Position numbers and translations under genes: made by a program. This document shows, in pieces, positions 12,822-24,024 of a stretch of 64,000 bases of DNA. This stretch comes from Macrostomum hystrix. Its lineage: Eukaryota; Animalia; Platyhelminthes. Location: assembly GCA_950097015.1 (NCBI GenBank), contig CATNEN010000033.1, positions 1,488,001 through 1,552,000 on the forward strand, written 5' to 3'. The first letter of the stretch is position 1. Each line of letters begins with the position of its first letter. The notes below the pieces were generated by a model. The model worked only from the letters and a program-made list of their open reading frames with translations, was not told the origin of the DNA and searched no databases.

Positions 12822-15800
12822 ATGAACCCGGAGCAGTCAGTGTCAGAGCTGGTGCTGTGGTTGCTAAGGCTGCTGTACAGCTGCCTGTTCTACTCCGTGT
12901 TCATACCCCTGCTGCTGCCCTTTGAGCTGGCCTACGCCTTCTACAGCTCCTACCTGCAGTTCCTCATCAAGTCCTGCGTAGACAGGCTGGAGATGGTCGG
13001 CAATCTGGACGCCATCTGGATGCAGGACACAGAGGACAACAGGGCTATCATCAACGGTGTGCTGGTGCTGCGCGAACCCCTGGAACTGGACCGACTGCGG
13101 GACATTGTACAGGTGCAATCCGAGTTCGCTCCTCTTCGATGTAATTCGAAAAATAATAGCAGGAGGGCTGCGGCCACTGCCGCATCATTTGGTGACACTG
13201 GACCCGCAACCAGAGAGAGGCAATTCTGCCCATTCCGCTGAGTCCTGAGCACAGGCACATAGACACGGTACGAAGGCACTCACATAGGTGTGTACATCTG
13301 CCCTGGCATCTTCATCGCCAGGCAGTGTACACTCTCGCTGTGCCTGGGGATTAGCATTAAAGGGGGTATATTGCCGATCCCTTCACTGACAAATTGCGAG
13401 TTGGCTATCAGATCCCTTCACTGACATTGCGAGTTGGCTATCAGATCCCTAGCCTTCACTGACATTGTGAGTTGGCTATCAGATCCCTTCACTGACATTG
13501 CGAGTTGGCTATCAGATCCCTTCACTGACATTGTGAGTTGGCTATCAGATCCCTTCACTGACATTGTGAGTTGGCTATCAGATACCTTCTGGGACATTGT
13601 GATTCGGTCATCAACCCCAGCTTGTCATTGATGGTCTATCCCTGTCTTCCAGGTGAAGCTGGTGGAGGCCACGGCGCGAGGCAATCGTCGAGTTGCGGCC
13701 AAGTTTCAGAGAGTCGTCAGCAAACGGTATCGCCGCTACGTGTGGCGCGAGGACGAGACCTACAGCGTGAGGAATCACGTGATTCAGCACGAGGGCGAGC
13801 CGCCAGCCAGCCAGGCAGAGCTGGAGGAAGTTCTGTCCGAGTACTGCTCCCAGGTTGCCGATAGTGACTACTCTTAAGGCCTGCATGAGTAGCCGATAGT
13901 AAAAAATAAAGCAGTTTTTATCTGTTTTTAGGTATTTCCGGTTGCATTCTAGTATTTCCGGTTGCATTCTAGTATTTCCGGTTGCATTCTAGTATTTCCG
14001 GTTGCATTCTAGTATTTCCGGTTGCATTCAAGTATTTCCGGTTGCATTCTAGTATTTCCGGTTGCATTCTAGTATTTCCGGTTGCATTCAAGTATTTCCG
14101 GTTGCATTCAAGTATTTCCGGTTGCATTCTAACACTTCCGCAGGGCCTGAACATGAACCGGCCGCCGTGGCTTGTGGTCCTAGTTCCCACGGCCGAGGGC
14201 GGCAGTGTGCTACTCTTCCGAGGCCATCACGTAATCGGCGACGGCGTCTCCTTGACGACGCTGATGATGACCTACCTGGTTGACCGGCCGCCAGCCCAGT
14301 TGACGCCTGTCCGCTTCGGCAGCGGGCGGAGCAAGCTGTGGGCCTTCGCCAAGGCCTTGCTGGAAGGCCCCTACCTGCTGGGCCGCGACCTGCTGCAGGC
14401 GAACGACCGGAGCCGGCTGCACGGCCCGGGCCTGTCCGGCAGGAAGCGGCTCGCCTGGATTCGCGACATTCCGCTGGCGCAGGTTCACGAATCGTGCCTT
14501 TTGTGATATGCCGTGATGCTTAGTGTGATATGCCGTGATGCTTAGTGTGATATGCCGTGATGCTTAGTGTGATATGCCGTGATGCTTAGTGTGATATGCC
14601 GTGATGCTTAGTGTGATATGTTGTGATCCCTAGTGTGATATGCTGTAATGCCTATTGTGATATGCTGTAATGCCTATTGTGATATGCCGTGATTCCTAGT
14701 GTGATATGCTGTTATACCGAGTGTGATGCGATGTGATATATCTGAAACGCCAGTCGCCACAACCTCCAGGTGAAACGTGTTCGCCAGGCCACAGACGCCA
14801 CAGTCAACGACGTGTTGATGTCCTGCTTGTCGTCAGCGTTTAGGCGGTACTTCCTTCGGCGCGGCTGGACGGTGCCGCATTATTTGAAGGCCTACGTGCC
14901 AATCGACATGCGACCGCGCAGCGGCGAGCTGCAGCTGGACAACCAGTTCTCCCTCATCTTCCTGGGATTAGACCTGTCGGACGGGGATCCGCTGGTGAGA
15001 CGGAAACCGTAGATTCTAAGAAACATGTGCACTGTTAGGGCCAATTTTTTTATTTATTTACATTTACTTAAACTCCAAGTCCCAGATCCCCATATCCTAG
15101 ATCCCCATATCCCAGACCCCCATATCCCAGATCCCCATATCCCAGATCCCCATATCCGAGATCTCCATATCCGAGATCCCCATATCCAAGATCCCTCATA
15201 TCCGAAGTCCCCATATCCGAGATCCCCATATCCAAGATCCCCATATCCGAGATCCCCATATCCGAGATCCCCATATCCAAGATCCCCATATCCGAGATCC
15301 CCATATCCGAGATCCCCATATCCGAGATTACCATATCCAAAATCCCCATATCCCAGATTTTCAAATCCCAGAACCCAGATCCCAAATCCCAGATCCTAAA
15401 ATCCCAGATCCCCATTTTCAAGATCCCTGTATCCCAGTATATGCCTTTAAAACCCACAGAAAACCCTCCGCCGAACGAAGCGCAGCATGAGTCGCATTAA
15501 GGCCAGCAGTCTGCCCGTGGTGAACTATCTGGCCATGATGTACTGCATGGCCAACCTGCCGGCCTGGATGTCGGAGGGCCTGTTCGAGATCTTGGCCCGC
15601 AAGAGCTCCCTAGTTCTGTCCAATGTTCCAGGACCGGCGGAGCAGCTCAGCATCGGCGGCAGTGCCATCGAGACAATGTCCTTCTGGGTGCCGAGCCGGT
15701 CCAATATTGGTGAGCTACACTTAAGTCCCGCCCTATTGCTTTCTTAGAATCATAGCCGCAGCTGGAATCGAAGCAGGAGCCGCAGCTTAGAATCGAAGCT

Positions 15801-16475
15801 GGAGCCGCAGTTTAGAATCGAAGCAGGAGCCGCAGTTTAGAATCGAAGCTGGAGCCGCAGTTTAGAATCGAAGCTGGAGCCGCAGTTTAGAATCGAAGCT
15901 GGAGCCGCAGTTTAGAATCGAAGCTGGAGCCGCAGTTTAGAATCGAAGCTGGAGCCGCAGTTTAGAATCGAAGCTGGAGCCGCAGTTTAGAATCGAAGCT
16001 GGAGCCGCAGTTTAGAATCGAAGCTGGAGCCGCAGTTTAGAATCGAAGCTGGAGCCGCAGTTTAGAATCGAAGCTGGAGCCGCAGTTTAGAATCGAAGCT
16101 GGAGCCGCAGTTTAGAATCGAAGCTGGAGCCGCAGTTTAGAATCGAAGCTGGAGCCGCAGTTTAGAATCGAAGCTGGAGCCGCAGTTTAGAATCGAAGCT
16201 GGAGCCGCAGCTTAGAATCGAAGCTGGAGCCGCAGTTTAGAATCGAAGCAGGAGCCGCAGCTGGAGTTCATAAAGTTTTGACCGTTTTTACAACTTTAAT
16301 GCCAAAACTCTGCACAGGCCTGGGTGTGAGCATTCTGAGCTACAACAACCAGGTGTCGGTGGGTGTCATCACGGACACGAACATCATGGAGGATCCTCAG
16401 GTGCTGGCCGCGGACTTCAGGGCCTGTCTGAATCAGCTGGAGCGGGCGGTTAAGCAGGGGACCAACGATGACTGA
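12822..16475 (+). CDS. WS/DGAT family O-acyltransferase (wax ester synthase/diacylglycerol acyltransferase, WSD1-like). Exons 12822-13112, 13653-13853, 14144-14482, 14770-14994, 15460-15709, 16318-16475
   Basis: Catalytic HHxxxDG motif (HHVIGDGVS), ATVNDVLMSCLSSA, SSLVLSNVPGP and LGVSILSYNNQV motifs. All six exons have GT-AG borders with compatible phases. Confidence 0.9.
13376..13600. repeat. 33-bp intronic minisatellite CCCTTCACTGACATTGYGAGTTGGCTATCAGAT
   Basis: About 6 visible copies in WS/DGAT intron 1. Confidence 0.9.
13930..14135. repeat. 20-bp intronic minisatellite AGTATTTCCGGTTGCATTCT
   Basis: About 10 copies in intron 2. The last unit merges into the 3' splice site. Confidence 0.9.
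14503..14735. repeat. 22-bp intronic minisatellite TAGTGTGATATGCCGTGATGCT
   Basis: About 10 copies in intron 3. Confidence 0.9.
15078..15430. repeat. 15-bp intronic minisatellite GATCCCCATATCC(C/G)A
   Basis: Visible tandem array in intron 4. Confidence 0.9.
15745..16265. repeat. 25-bp intronic minisatellite AGAATCGAAGCTGGAGCCGCAGTTT
   Basis: About 20 near-identical copies in intron 5. Confidence 0.95.
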
Positions 16476-16579
16476 AGATGGGATAATTCAATCGATTAGA
16501 GAAAACGTGCACTTTCGTCAACTAACTTCCTGAATAGCCATGATCAAATACAAAGCAGAGATATGTCAATCTGTATTTC

Positions 16580-19296
16580 TTAGAAATCCAAGAATCCAAG
16601 AGTTCGCCGGATAGCCTCATCGATGGAAGAGGACGAATCGTACGGAATTTTCACCTCCCTTTAAGCTAAATTTTGATCTAGCTGTCTCTGTGTCACTGCC
16701 TTTTTGTCTCGCTTAAACTTCTCCAAACTGTTTCTCATCCATTATCTCACTTTTTTTGTCTCACCTCCCGATTTTTCTCTCCTACCCTCTCTCACGTTCA
16801 ATTCCCCTCCTCTAGTCTTACCCCTCGTCTCTCTCCCCACCCTTCTCGAATCTCCGAAACTCTCTTTATCCTACCCCAATCTTCCATCTCTCCCCACCCT
16901 ACCCTAATCTTACCCTCTCCCCACCATTCTCCAATCTCACCCTCTCTCTCCCCACCCTTCTCCAATCTCACCCTCTCTCCCCATCCTTCCCCAATCTCAC
17001 CCTCTCTCCCCACCCTTCCCCAATCTCACCCTTTATCCCCATCCTTCCCCAATCTCACCCCCTCTCTCCCCACCCTTCCCCAATCTCACCCTTTATCCCC
17101 ACCCTTCTCCAATCCCACACTCTCTCCCCACCGTTCCCGAATCTCATCATCTCTCCCCACCCTTCCCCAATCTCACCCTTTATCCCCATCCTTCCCCAAT
17201 CTCACCCCCTCTCTCCCCACCCTTCCCCAATCTCACCCTTTATCCCCACCCTTCTCCAATCCCACACTCTCTCCCCACCGTTCCCGAATCTCATCATCTC
17301 TCCCCACCCTTCCCCAATCTCACCCTTTATCCCCACCCTTCTCCAATCCCACACTCTCTCCCCACCCTTCTCCAATCTCACCCTCTCTCCCCACCCTTCC
17401 CCAATCTCACCCTTTATCCCCACCCTTCTCCAATCCCACACTCTCTCCCCACCCTTCTCCAATCCCACACTCTCTCCCCACCCTTCTCCAATCTCACCCT
17501 CTCTCCCCACCGTTCCCGAATCTCATTATCTCTCCCCACCCTTCCCCAATCTTACCCTCTCTCCCCGTACCCTTCCCCAATCTCACCCTCACTCTCCCCA
17601 CCCATTTCCAATGCCCACACTCTCTCCCCACCCCCACCATTCTCTAATCTCACAATCTCTCCACACCCTTCCCCGAATCTCATCATCTCTCCCCACCGTT
17701 CCCCAATCTCACCTCTCCTATCCCAACCATCCCTAATCTCACCTTTCTTATCCTACCCTTGCCAGTGTCACTCACACAATCTCAGAGGTAATATTCCATA
17801 AATTTAAAGAAGCTAAAAATCAGTGGGTCCACATCTATTATTGAGTTCAGATCATAGAACAAGTCAACAGAAAGGTGTCTGCAAGATTTGCAAATAGATG
17901 AAGCTCATTTGCAGCCATCCTGGTGTGCTCAAGCAGCAATCCTGGTGTGCTCAAGCAGCCATCCTGGTGTGCTCAAGCAGCCATCCTGGTGTGCTCAAGC
18001 AGCCATCCTGGTGTGCTCAAGCAGGTCGTGCATACCCTCGATTGCCTTGTTGTCCACCTGATCAGCTGCGCTTTGGCTGAAGGCTGAGAAACTGTTGACT
18101 GGCACCGCCTTCTCGCGATTGGTGAGGCAGCGGACCTCGCGCTCCAGAATGAGCGTCATGGCCACGTCAGTCAGCACCTGCGTAGGTGCCAGATTGTGCG
18201 AGTCGCGAGTCTCGCGTTTTAGATCGTCGAGGAACTCCAGCAGCCTGCCAAGGGTGAATGATGGTTGATAGATGATTGATAGATGGTTGATAGATGGTTT
18301 ATAGATGGTTGATAGATATGGTTGATAGAAAAGCGGTGCAGGCAGAGCTTAATGCAGGTTAGATATGTGATTAGTGACGGCATTGGCGCAAACTCACTTG
18401 TATCCAAGCTCTCGCAGCTTCTGTAGGTGTACAACTTCGTAGGCCCAGATCTCGCCATGCGACAGGCCCTTCATGGAGTCGTTGACCATGTCCTCTAAGG
18501 TGCGGCACACAGTCTCCATGGCCTGCTTGTCCAGGCACTCCCGGCTGGCCTTGTGTAGCACCAGGAATTTCCCTGAGTAAAAAGTCGGTCAGCAGTTTCA
18601 GAATGGCATTGCTGAAAACCTTCTATAAATCTGTCATTTTATCTACATGTCTAAAAGCTTTTTCATCTCAGTTTTGCGCTCGTTTTTGTACGAGCGGAGG
18701 CAGAGGCGGGTACAGGGAATTCCCCAAGTTCCAAGGACCCGCCTCTGCCTCCACCCTAAACACCCACCTCACTCCGTGCATGTACAAAACGAGCGGAAAC
18801 GGGGGCGGAAACGTTCCGCGTTGAAAAAGGGTTTAGACATTAGTCTACAGAGTTGGTAATTCTAGCTAAAGAGCCTGTAATCACTCAGCTTGAGTCTCAC
18901 TGGCTTGAGTGCCGTCGATGTGGTCATCATCAGCGCTTGTGCCTCCGACGAAGCTGCGATAGACGGTCACTGACAGAACCAGCAGTAGCAGGAGCAGAGC
19001 GAAGGGCGTCTGTGAGTTGATTTAAAGCGGATGCTCGGTTCTGAGCTGTACTTGTACAATCGTACATTATTAAATGCACATCTCAGAAGATACGAATGGA
19101 AGCGATGAAGCATCCAAATTCTAACCTTAATGGTGGACTCCGCGAAGTGGAATGGAGTTACGACGAGGCTCCGGCAGGTGAAGTCCAGCATCTTGGAGCA
19201 CTGCGCGCTGTATCCAAGGAGGCGAAGCTCCTCCTCCCAGAGGCAGACGCGCAACACTTCCTGTTGGCCGGGACCCAAGTCTTCAAGCTTGGACAT
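16580..19296 (-). CDS. Uncharacterised 259-aa single-pass (type II-like) membrane protein. Exons 19126-19296, 18901-19009, 18398-18572, 18036-18244, 17776-17812, 16580-16658
   Basis: Six exons with GT-AG borders whose phases (0,1,2,1,2) chain into one 780-nt ORF: MSKLEDLG...STIK|TPFALLLLLLVLSVTVYRSFVGG...|KFLVLHKASRECLDKQ...|LLEFLDDLKRE...|...EVKIPYDSSSSIDEAIRRTLGFLDF*. No family recognised. Confidence 0.7.
16790..17760. repeat. Pyrimidine-rich degenerate tandem repeat (CCCCACCCTT(C/CT)CCAATCTCACCCTCTCT-type)
   Basis: Visible. It lies in the last intron of the orphan gene. Confidence 0.9.
18647..18840. mobile_element. Small palindromic MITE-like element (194 bp) in an intron
   Basis: Termini ATGTCTAAAAGCTTTTTCA and TGAAAAAGGGTTTAGACAT are inverted (2 mismatches). 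Inner inverted pairs are CGCTCGTTTT(T)GTAC/GTACAAAACGAGCG and a perfect 16-bp GGAGGCAGAGGCGGGT/ACCCGCCTCTGCCTCC. No clear TSD. Confidence 0.6.
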
Positions 19297-19958
19297 TTTC
19301 CGCTTTATAGATTAACAAACAGTTTTATAAGTAATGCGAAAACGTGCAGCGAATGTCGGTTTTTGAGCGCTGAAATGCTGCGTGCATTCATGGCCATAGA
19401 CATTTCAAGCCACTGAATCGTGCTGACAACGATGGCTACTCGTACCACAAGACACTCGTGCTAGGTAAGAATTCACTGAATGATTTCATGAGGCTTTGTG
19501 ATCTAGCCGGACTTGGCAGCCGCAGTCATACAAACCATTGTATTCGAGCATCAGTTGTCATGTTTGTATTTCTTGAAGTATATTTTTAAGCCGAGCAGTG
19601 AGTGAAGTGAATGGAAAGGTTTTTAGTTGTTGGTACTGTAGTTTTTGCTGGTTCTATATGAAATTCGCTCGTAAAATAAATTTAATTATTTGCGGAATTT
19701 GTGGTTCTGGAAAATTCGCTTCTTGTTGTCAAAGCTAAGCATAGCCATAAAGCATACGTTTTGGCCATAGACATCGGTCGCGGGAAAAAATCGTTGGTTT
19801 CACCCTCGTTTCAACACGCGTAGGCGTAGTAAGTTGTCTATGATGAAACCATATACACAATATTATTGTCTTATTGGCCAAGCCTACTCACGTAGCCTGT
19901 GACAATCGTGCATTGCTACATATGTGGTAATGAAATATATTTTTAGTTAATTGACATA

Positions 19959-20596
19959 GACCATAGACTACCAGGACTTCTCAGAATCGCTGCTACAAGT
20001 ATAAAGGGACTGAAAGAAGAAAAGCTAGGCACTGCTTATTAGCTGCTTTAAAGCGCTTTGTTAACTGGAGCGCGATGATCAACTGGAGTCATTTGCCTGT
20101 TGACTCTCTTGATGGTGTCTCCGCAACCGAGCTGGAGCTGCTGAGCAATTTGAGTCCTGAAGACCATAGTGGGATGAAGAACTTGGACGATTTATCCAGT
20201 TTACACCGACTTTACAAAGAATGACGAGAGCATCGCAGGAGTAGAGCTGCCTGATCTGCCCGAGACTGAAGAGACTGCAGGCACATACGGGAGTGCCATC
20301 GACAAGAGGGAGTTGGCATGCTTGCTTCGACAATCGACCATCGACAATCGCATGCTTCGCATGAAAGTCCGTGACAAGCTTCAGGCAGAAGTGTGAAGCG
20401 ATTCGAGCCAATCGAGGTGGCTGACCTCAAGAAGCTTTTTGAGTACTTTAATCGGTTTGCGTACTTTTGTATTAGTACTTTTGCGTACTTTTGTATTAGT
20501 ACTTTTGCGTACTTTTGCGTACTTTTGTATTAGTACTTTTGCGTACTTTTACGCCAATACGCTGAAAAATGAATGAGCAGATCGTAGTCTATGGTC
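19959..20596. mobile_element. 638-bp element bounded by a perfect 13-bp inverted repeat GACCATAGACTAC...GTAGTCTATGGTC
   Basis: Inverted termini at 19959-19971 and 20584-20596, with an internal TACTTTTGCG/TATTAG microarray at 20460-20550. No TSD identified. Confidence 0.5.
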
Positions 20597-21268
20597 AGAA
20601 CATCAATGTCTGCGTGTGACAATAAGAAGCGTTGCTAGTAGGCTTGATCTATGGGACAATACGCGCCTCGATGTTTTACCGCGCTTCAGCCCTCTGCAGC
20701 CTATCAATATATTAAGTTGTCCTTGGGCATAATCTTGAACGGTCATTGTATTTACTATTTGACGATCATTATTTGTAGTTTTTGTTAAATGCGTTACAAT
20801 TCATTGTTTGTTTGCCATTCGGCATTGAACCTAGATGAGAAGAGGTATGAATACACTCTACCACAGACATCAAAGTTTTCTTCACACCCCCCTGCTACGA
20901 GCGTCTCACTTTTCTATGCCACAGACAGTTCATACGATTTGATCGTCCAATAGCGATACAATGAAAAGAAACAGCGCTCGCAAAACAATCGTTGTCACGC
21001 ACTGGGGCCGCTGTTTATTTACTCATTATTTCAGGCTAGTCAAAAACTTAGAAGCCACAAACACGTTTATTCGCCAAAATTCAGACAAAACAGCGTAACC
21101 ATTGGCATGGAGAGTCAAAATTTCAAGAACTGAAACGTGTAGTTTTCAAAGGAGGCAATTCTAGAAAAAGTGAACCACCCGTTCCAGATCCAGCTGTGCT
21201 GCAAAAAATTTTTTTTCGGTTTGCAAAAACATATCATATTTTCATATTATATTACTTTTATTTTCATA

Positions 21269-22045
21269 TCATCTTAAAACCAACTTCACCTGCGTCACCT
21301 CCACCGAAGCATAGGATGTCGCAGTTCCTGTGTTGGCAACACAGTGCTCATCAGCCGGTGGCTTCTGCCGTTCGGCCGCTCTCTTTAGAGCGCTGCTAAC
21401 TGCGGTAGAAGCTGCATGGATGGCTCGGTCCCGTTTGTGAGACAAATAGCGACGGAGAGTTCTCTCGCCTTTTTGGCCTGTGATACACATTATGTCGCTC
21501 ATGTCATGTCCGGAATCACGAAGATCCGCAATCCTCGTGAACCGGAAGCAGTGGTTCCAGTACACTCGAGACAGACCGCAGTTTCGGCTGAGTTGCTGCA
21601 TGAAGCTCGACATCCAACTCAATCCTGGAACCAACTTCTCTGAGAAGCAAAGAACACCCGTTGAATGGTCGTTGGTCAACGGTTTTGGAAAAAAGCTGTT
21701 GTCCCTGGTATTCTCAGGCAGCAGAGCAGCATACCGCATTACGAGATCTCCGAACAATCGAGCGTGCTTTCGGACGCCATCCTTGCAGCGGGTCGGATCA
21801 GAGGATTGTTTCTTAGACGGCAAAGCAGGCAGTTCCAAAAAAGGATTTCCATCGGCGTCGGTCCCATACAGCAGGTTTCCCTTTGAACGCAAACGCTTCA
21901 GATTTTCTTGTCCCCTTTTTCCAAAGACGTAGAGAATTGTAAACAGAACTTTATTCTGAAGCTTCTCGCCCGTGCTTCTGTCAAAGTAACTGCGCAAATT
22001 TTCTAGATCACCTTCGTTAATAGGTACTGAATAGAGACTCCGCCG
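21269..22045 (-). mobile_element. Crypton-type (DUF3504-like) tyrosine recombinase ORF
   Basis: PINEGDLENLRSYFDRSTGEKLQNKVLFTILYVFGKRGQENL (catalytic R), WNHCFRFT (HxxR), ITGQK (usual H replaced by Q) and TLRRY (catalytic Y). The frame is open to 22045 behind a tttag acceptor-like site. Confidence 0.8.
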
Positions 22046-22779
22046 CTAAAGTGGAACTCACGAACCTTCACGGGCCGCAGCCGTGTAGGCTTTGCCGCCC
22101 TTTCATGCAATTTACGTCCTTGAGGGCCAACCACCAAGGCACAGTGAAGTGTACACCGCCTGAAGATGAGAAAGTCAAGGCGGATCTACTCACCCGTGCG
22201 AGCGTACGAAATGCGTTACCTATTTTGCTATTTTTTACTTACATTTTTTCGCCTTGTAATATATTTATAAATAAAATGTATTAGTGTAAATAATTATCCG
22301 AGACGAAATGTGTAATATTCATTTTTTAATTTATGTTTTTGAACCAATGACGATCTATAGTGAACTACAAAACAATTTTTTTAAACTTTAGTTATTAAGA
22401 ATCTGCTCAGCAACAAAATTTGTTTTGTCCTTCATTGTCCTTCAGTTTACCAGATAAATAGACTACCTAGCTGCATTTATACTCGTAAAATGAAGGGAAT
22501 ACTTAAGTTAGACCGCAGAAACACACTTATTGTATGCGAGCGAAACAAAACTTTGTCTTATATTTGTTATTAAAATAGTTGCAAGCAAAGAGGCGTGGAA
22601 AAAAAGAACAAAAATGACACCAAACAAGACCTGTGCGAGTGAGTGTGGAAGACGGCTAGAGGCACTAAAACAAACCAAGTGTCAATTGGCAATGGGCACA
22701 CATCAGGCGTGCAGAAGTGAATGGAATTCAAGTCGAGTCCAAACAGATAATAGTGGCACAGTAGCGAGAGCGGAGAAAT

Positions 22780-23400
22780 AGAGGGATGGGGGCGAGAAGG
22801 ATAGGGAGAAGAAGGGAGAAGGCGGGAAGAAGGAGGGGAGAAAGGGGCAGGAGGGAAGAAGGGGAGAAGGAGGGAAGAAGGAGAGAGAAGGCGGGAGAAG
22901 GAGGGAGAAGGAGGTGAGAAGGACGGAGAAGGAGGTGAGAAGGTAAGGAGGAGGGGAGAAGGAGGGGAGAAGGTAAGGAGAAGGAGGTGAGAAGGTAAGG
23001 AGAAGGAGGGGACAAGGAGGGGAGAAGGTACGGAGAAGGAGGGAGAAGGTAGGGAGGAGGGGAGAAGGAGGGGAGAAGATAAGGAGAAGGAGGTGAGAAG
23101 GTAAGGAGAAGGAGGTGAGAAGGTAAGGAGAAGGAGGGGAGAAGGTAAGGAGAAGGAGGTGAGAAGGTAAGGAGAAGGAGGGGACAAGGAGGGGAGAAGG
23201 TACGGAGAAGGAGGGAGAAGGTAAGGAGGAGGGGAGAAGGAGGGGAGAAGATAAGGAGAAGGAGGTGAGAAGGTAAGGAGAAGGAGGTGAGAAGGTAAGG
23301 AGAAGGAGGGGAGAAGGTAAGGAGAAGGAGGGGAGAAGGTAAGGAGAAGGAGGGGAGAAGGAGAGAGAAGGCGGGGAGAAGGAGGTGAGAAGGTGAGGGA
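22780..23400. repeat. Purine-rich low-complexity repeat (GGAGAAGGAGG(T/G)GAGAAGGTAA-type)
   Basis: Visible. It is the source of spurious Pro/Ser/Leu-rich ORFs. Confidence 0.9.
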
Positions 23401-24024
23401 GAAAGTTGTAAAGCAACTCAAAGCAGACAGAATGGTCAGTAATAAATAGTTCGCCATGTCACAGCAAACGGAAGTCGTGAAATTTGCCAACAAAAAGCTG
23501 TTGAGGGAGATTAGCATTGTTCATAAATAGAACTAGTACACAATTGCGTCACAAACTATGTCAAACAATATGCCAATAAACAAGGAAAATATAACAATCC
23601 AAAAAACCGGAAATAAACTTTTAACCGAAAAAGTGACGACAACAAACTAGCCGAAAAAGTGAAGTTTTAAGTTAAAAGAATGGCAAAACTCACAAAAAAC
23701 GGGAAGACTGAAGCTTGTAATTAAAATGTGGCATTATCTTTAGAGGAAGACATGGACAAAGAACATGTGTGACTCAAATTTCAGGCTTTCAAAAGCAGAG
23801 AAATACAATTTCAAGTAGTTTTTTCTTGTCTGTTGCTTCTGGTTGAGGACTCACTCTTTGAGTTCATCAGCGACTCCCGCTGCCGCCGACACCGGAGCTT
23901 CTCACTCCGGGCTTGAGCATAAAAGAGTTCTCGGTGACGTCGGACCTGCGGAATGAAATGTTTTTGGTTACACCAAGGAAGCCGGAGTTCGAATCCACAA
24001 ACTTGGAGGCCGGATGTGACATTT

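Noticed and set aside
18901-19020. Signal-peptide-like exon with no ATG, suggesting a start codon donated by a flatworm spliced leader (which ends in AUG)
   Set aside because: An upstream exon (19126-19296) with its own ATG and a phase-0 GT donor splices in frame, so trans-splicing is not needed.
20079-20430. ORFs inside the CCATAGAC-bounded element as a degenerate recombinase
   Set aside because: A YR-like motif appears only if frameshifts are assumed, which is not supportable by eye.
23411-23460. ATG GCG AAC TAT... (MANYLLLTILSALSCF) signal-peptide-like start behind an ACTTCCG ETS-like motif on the minus strand
   Set aside because: It runs straight into a low-complexity repeat with no convincing donor site or downstream exon.
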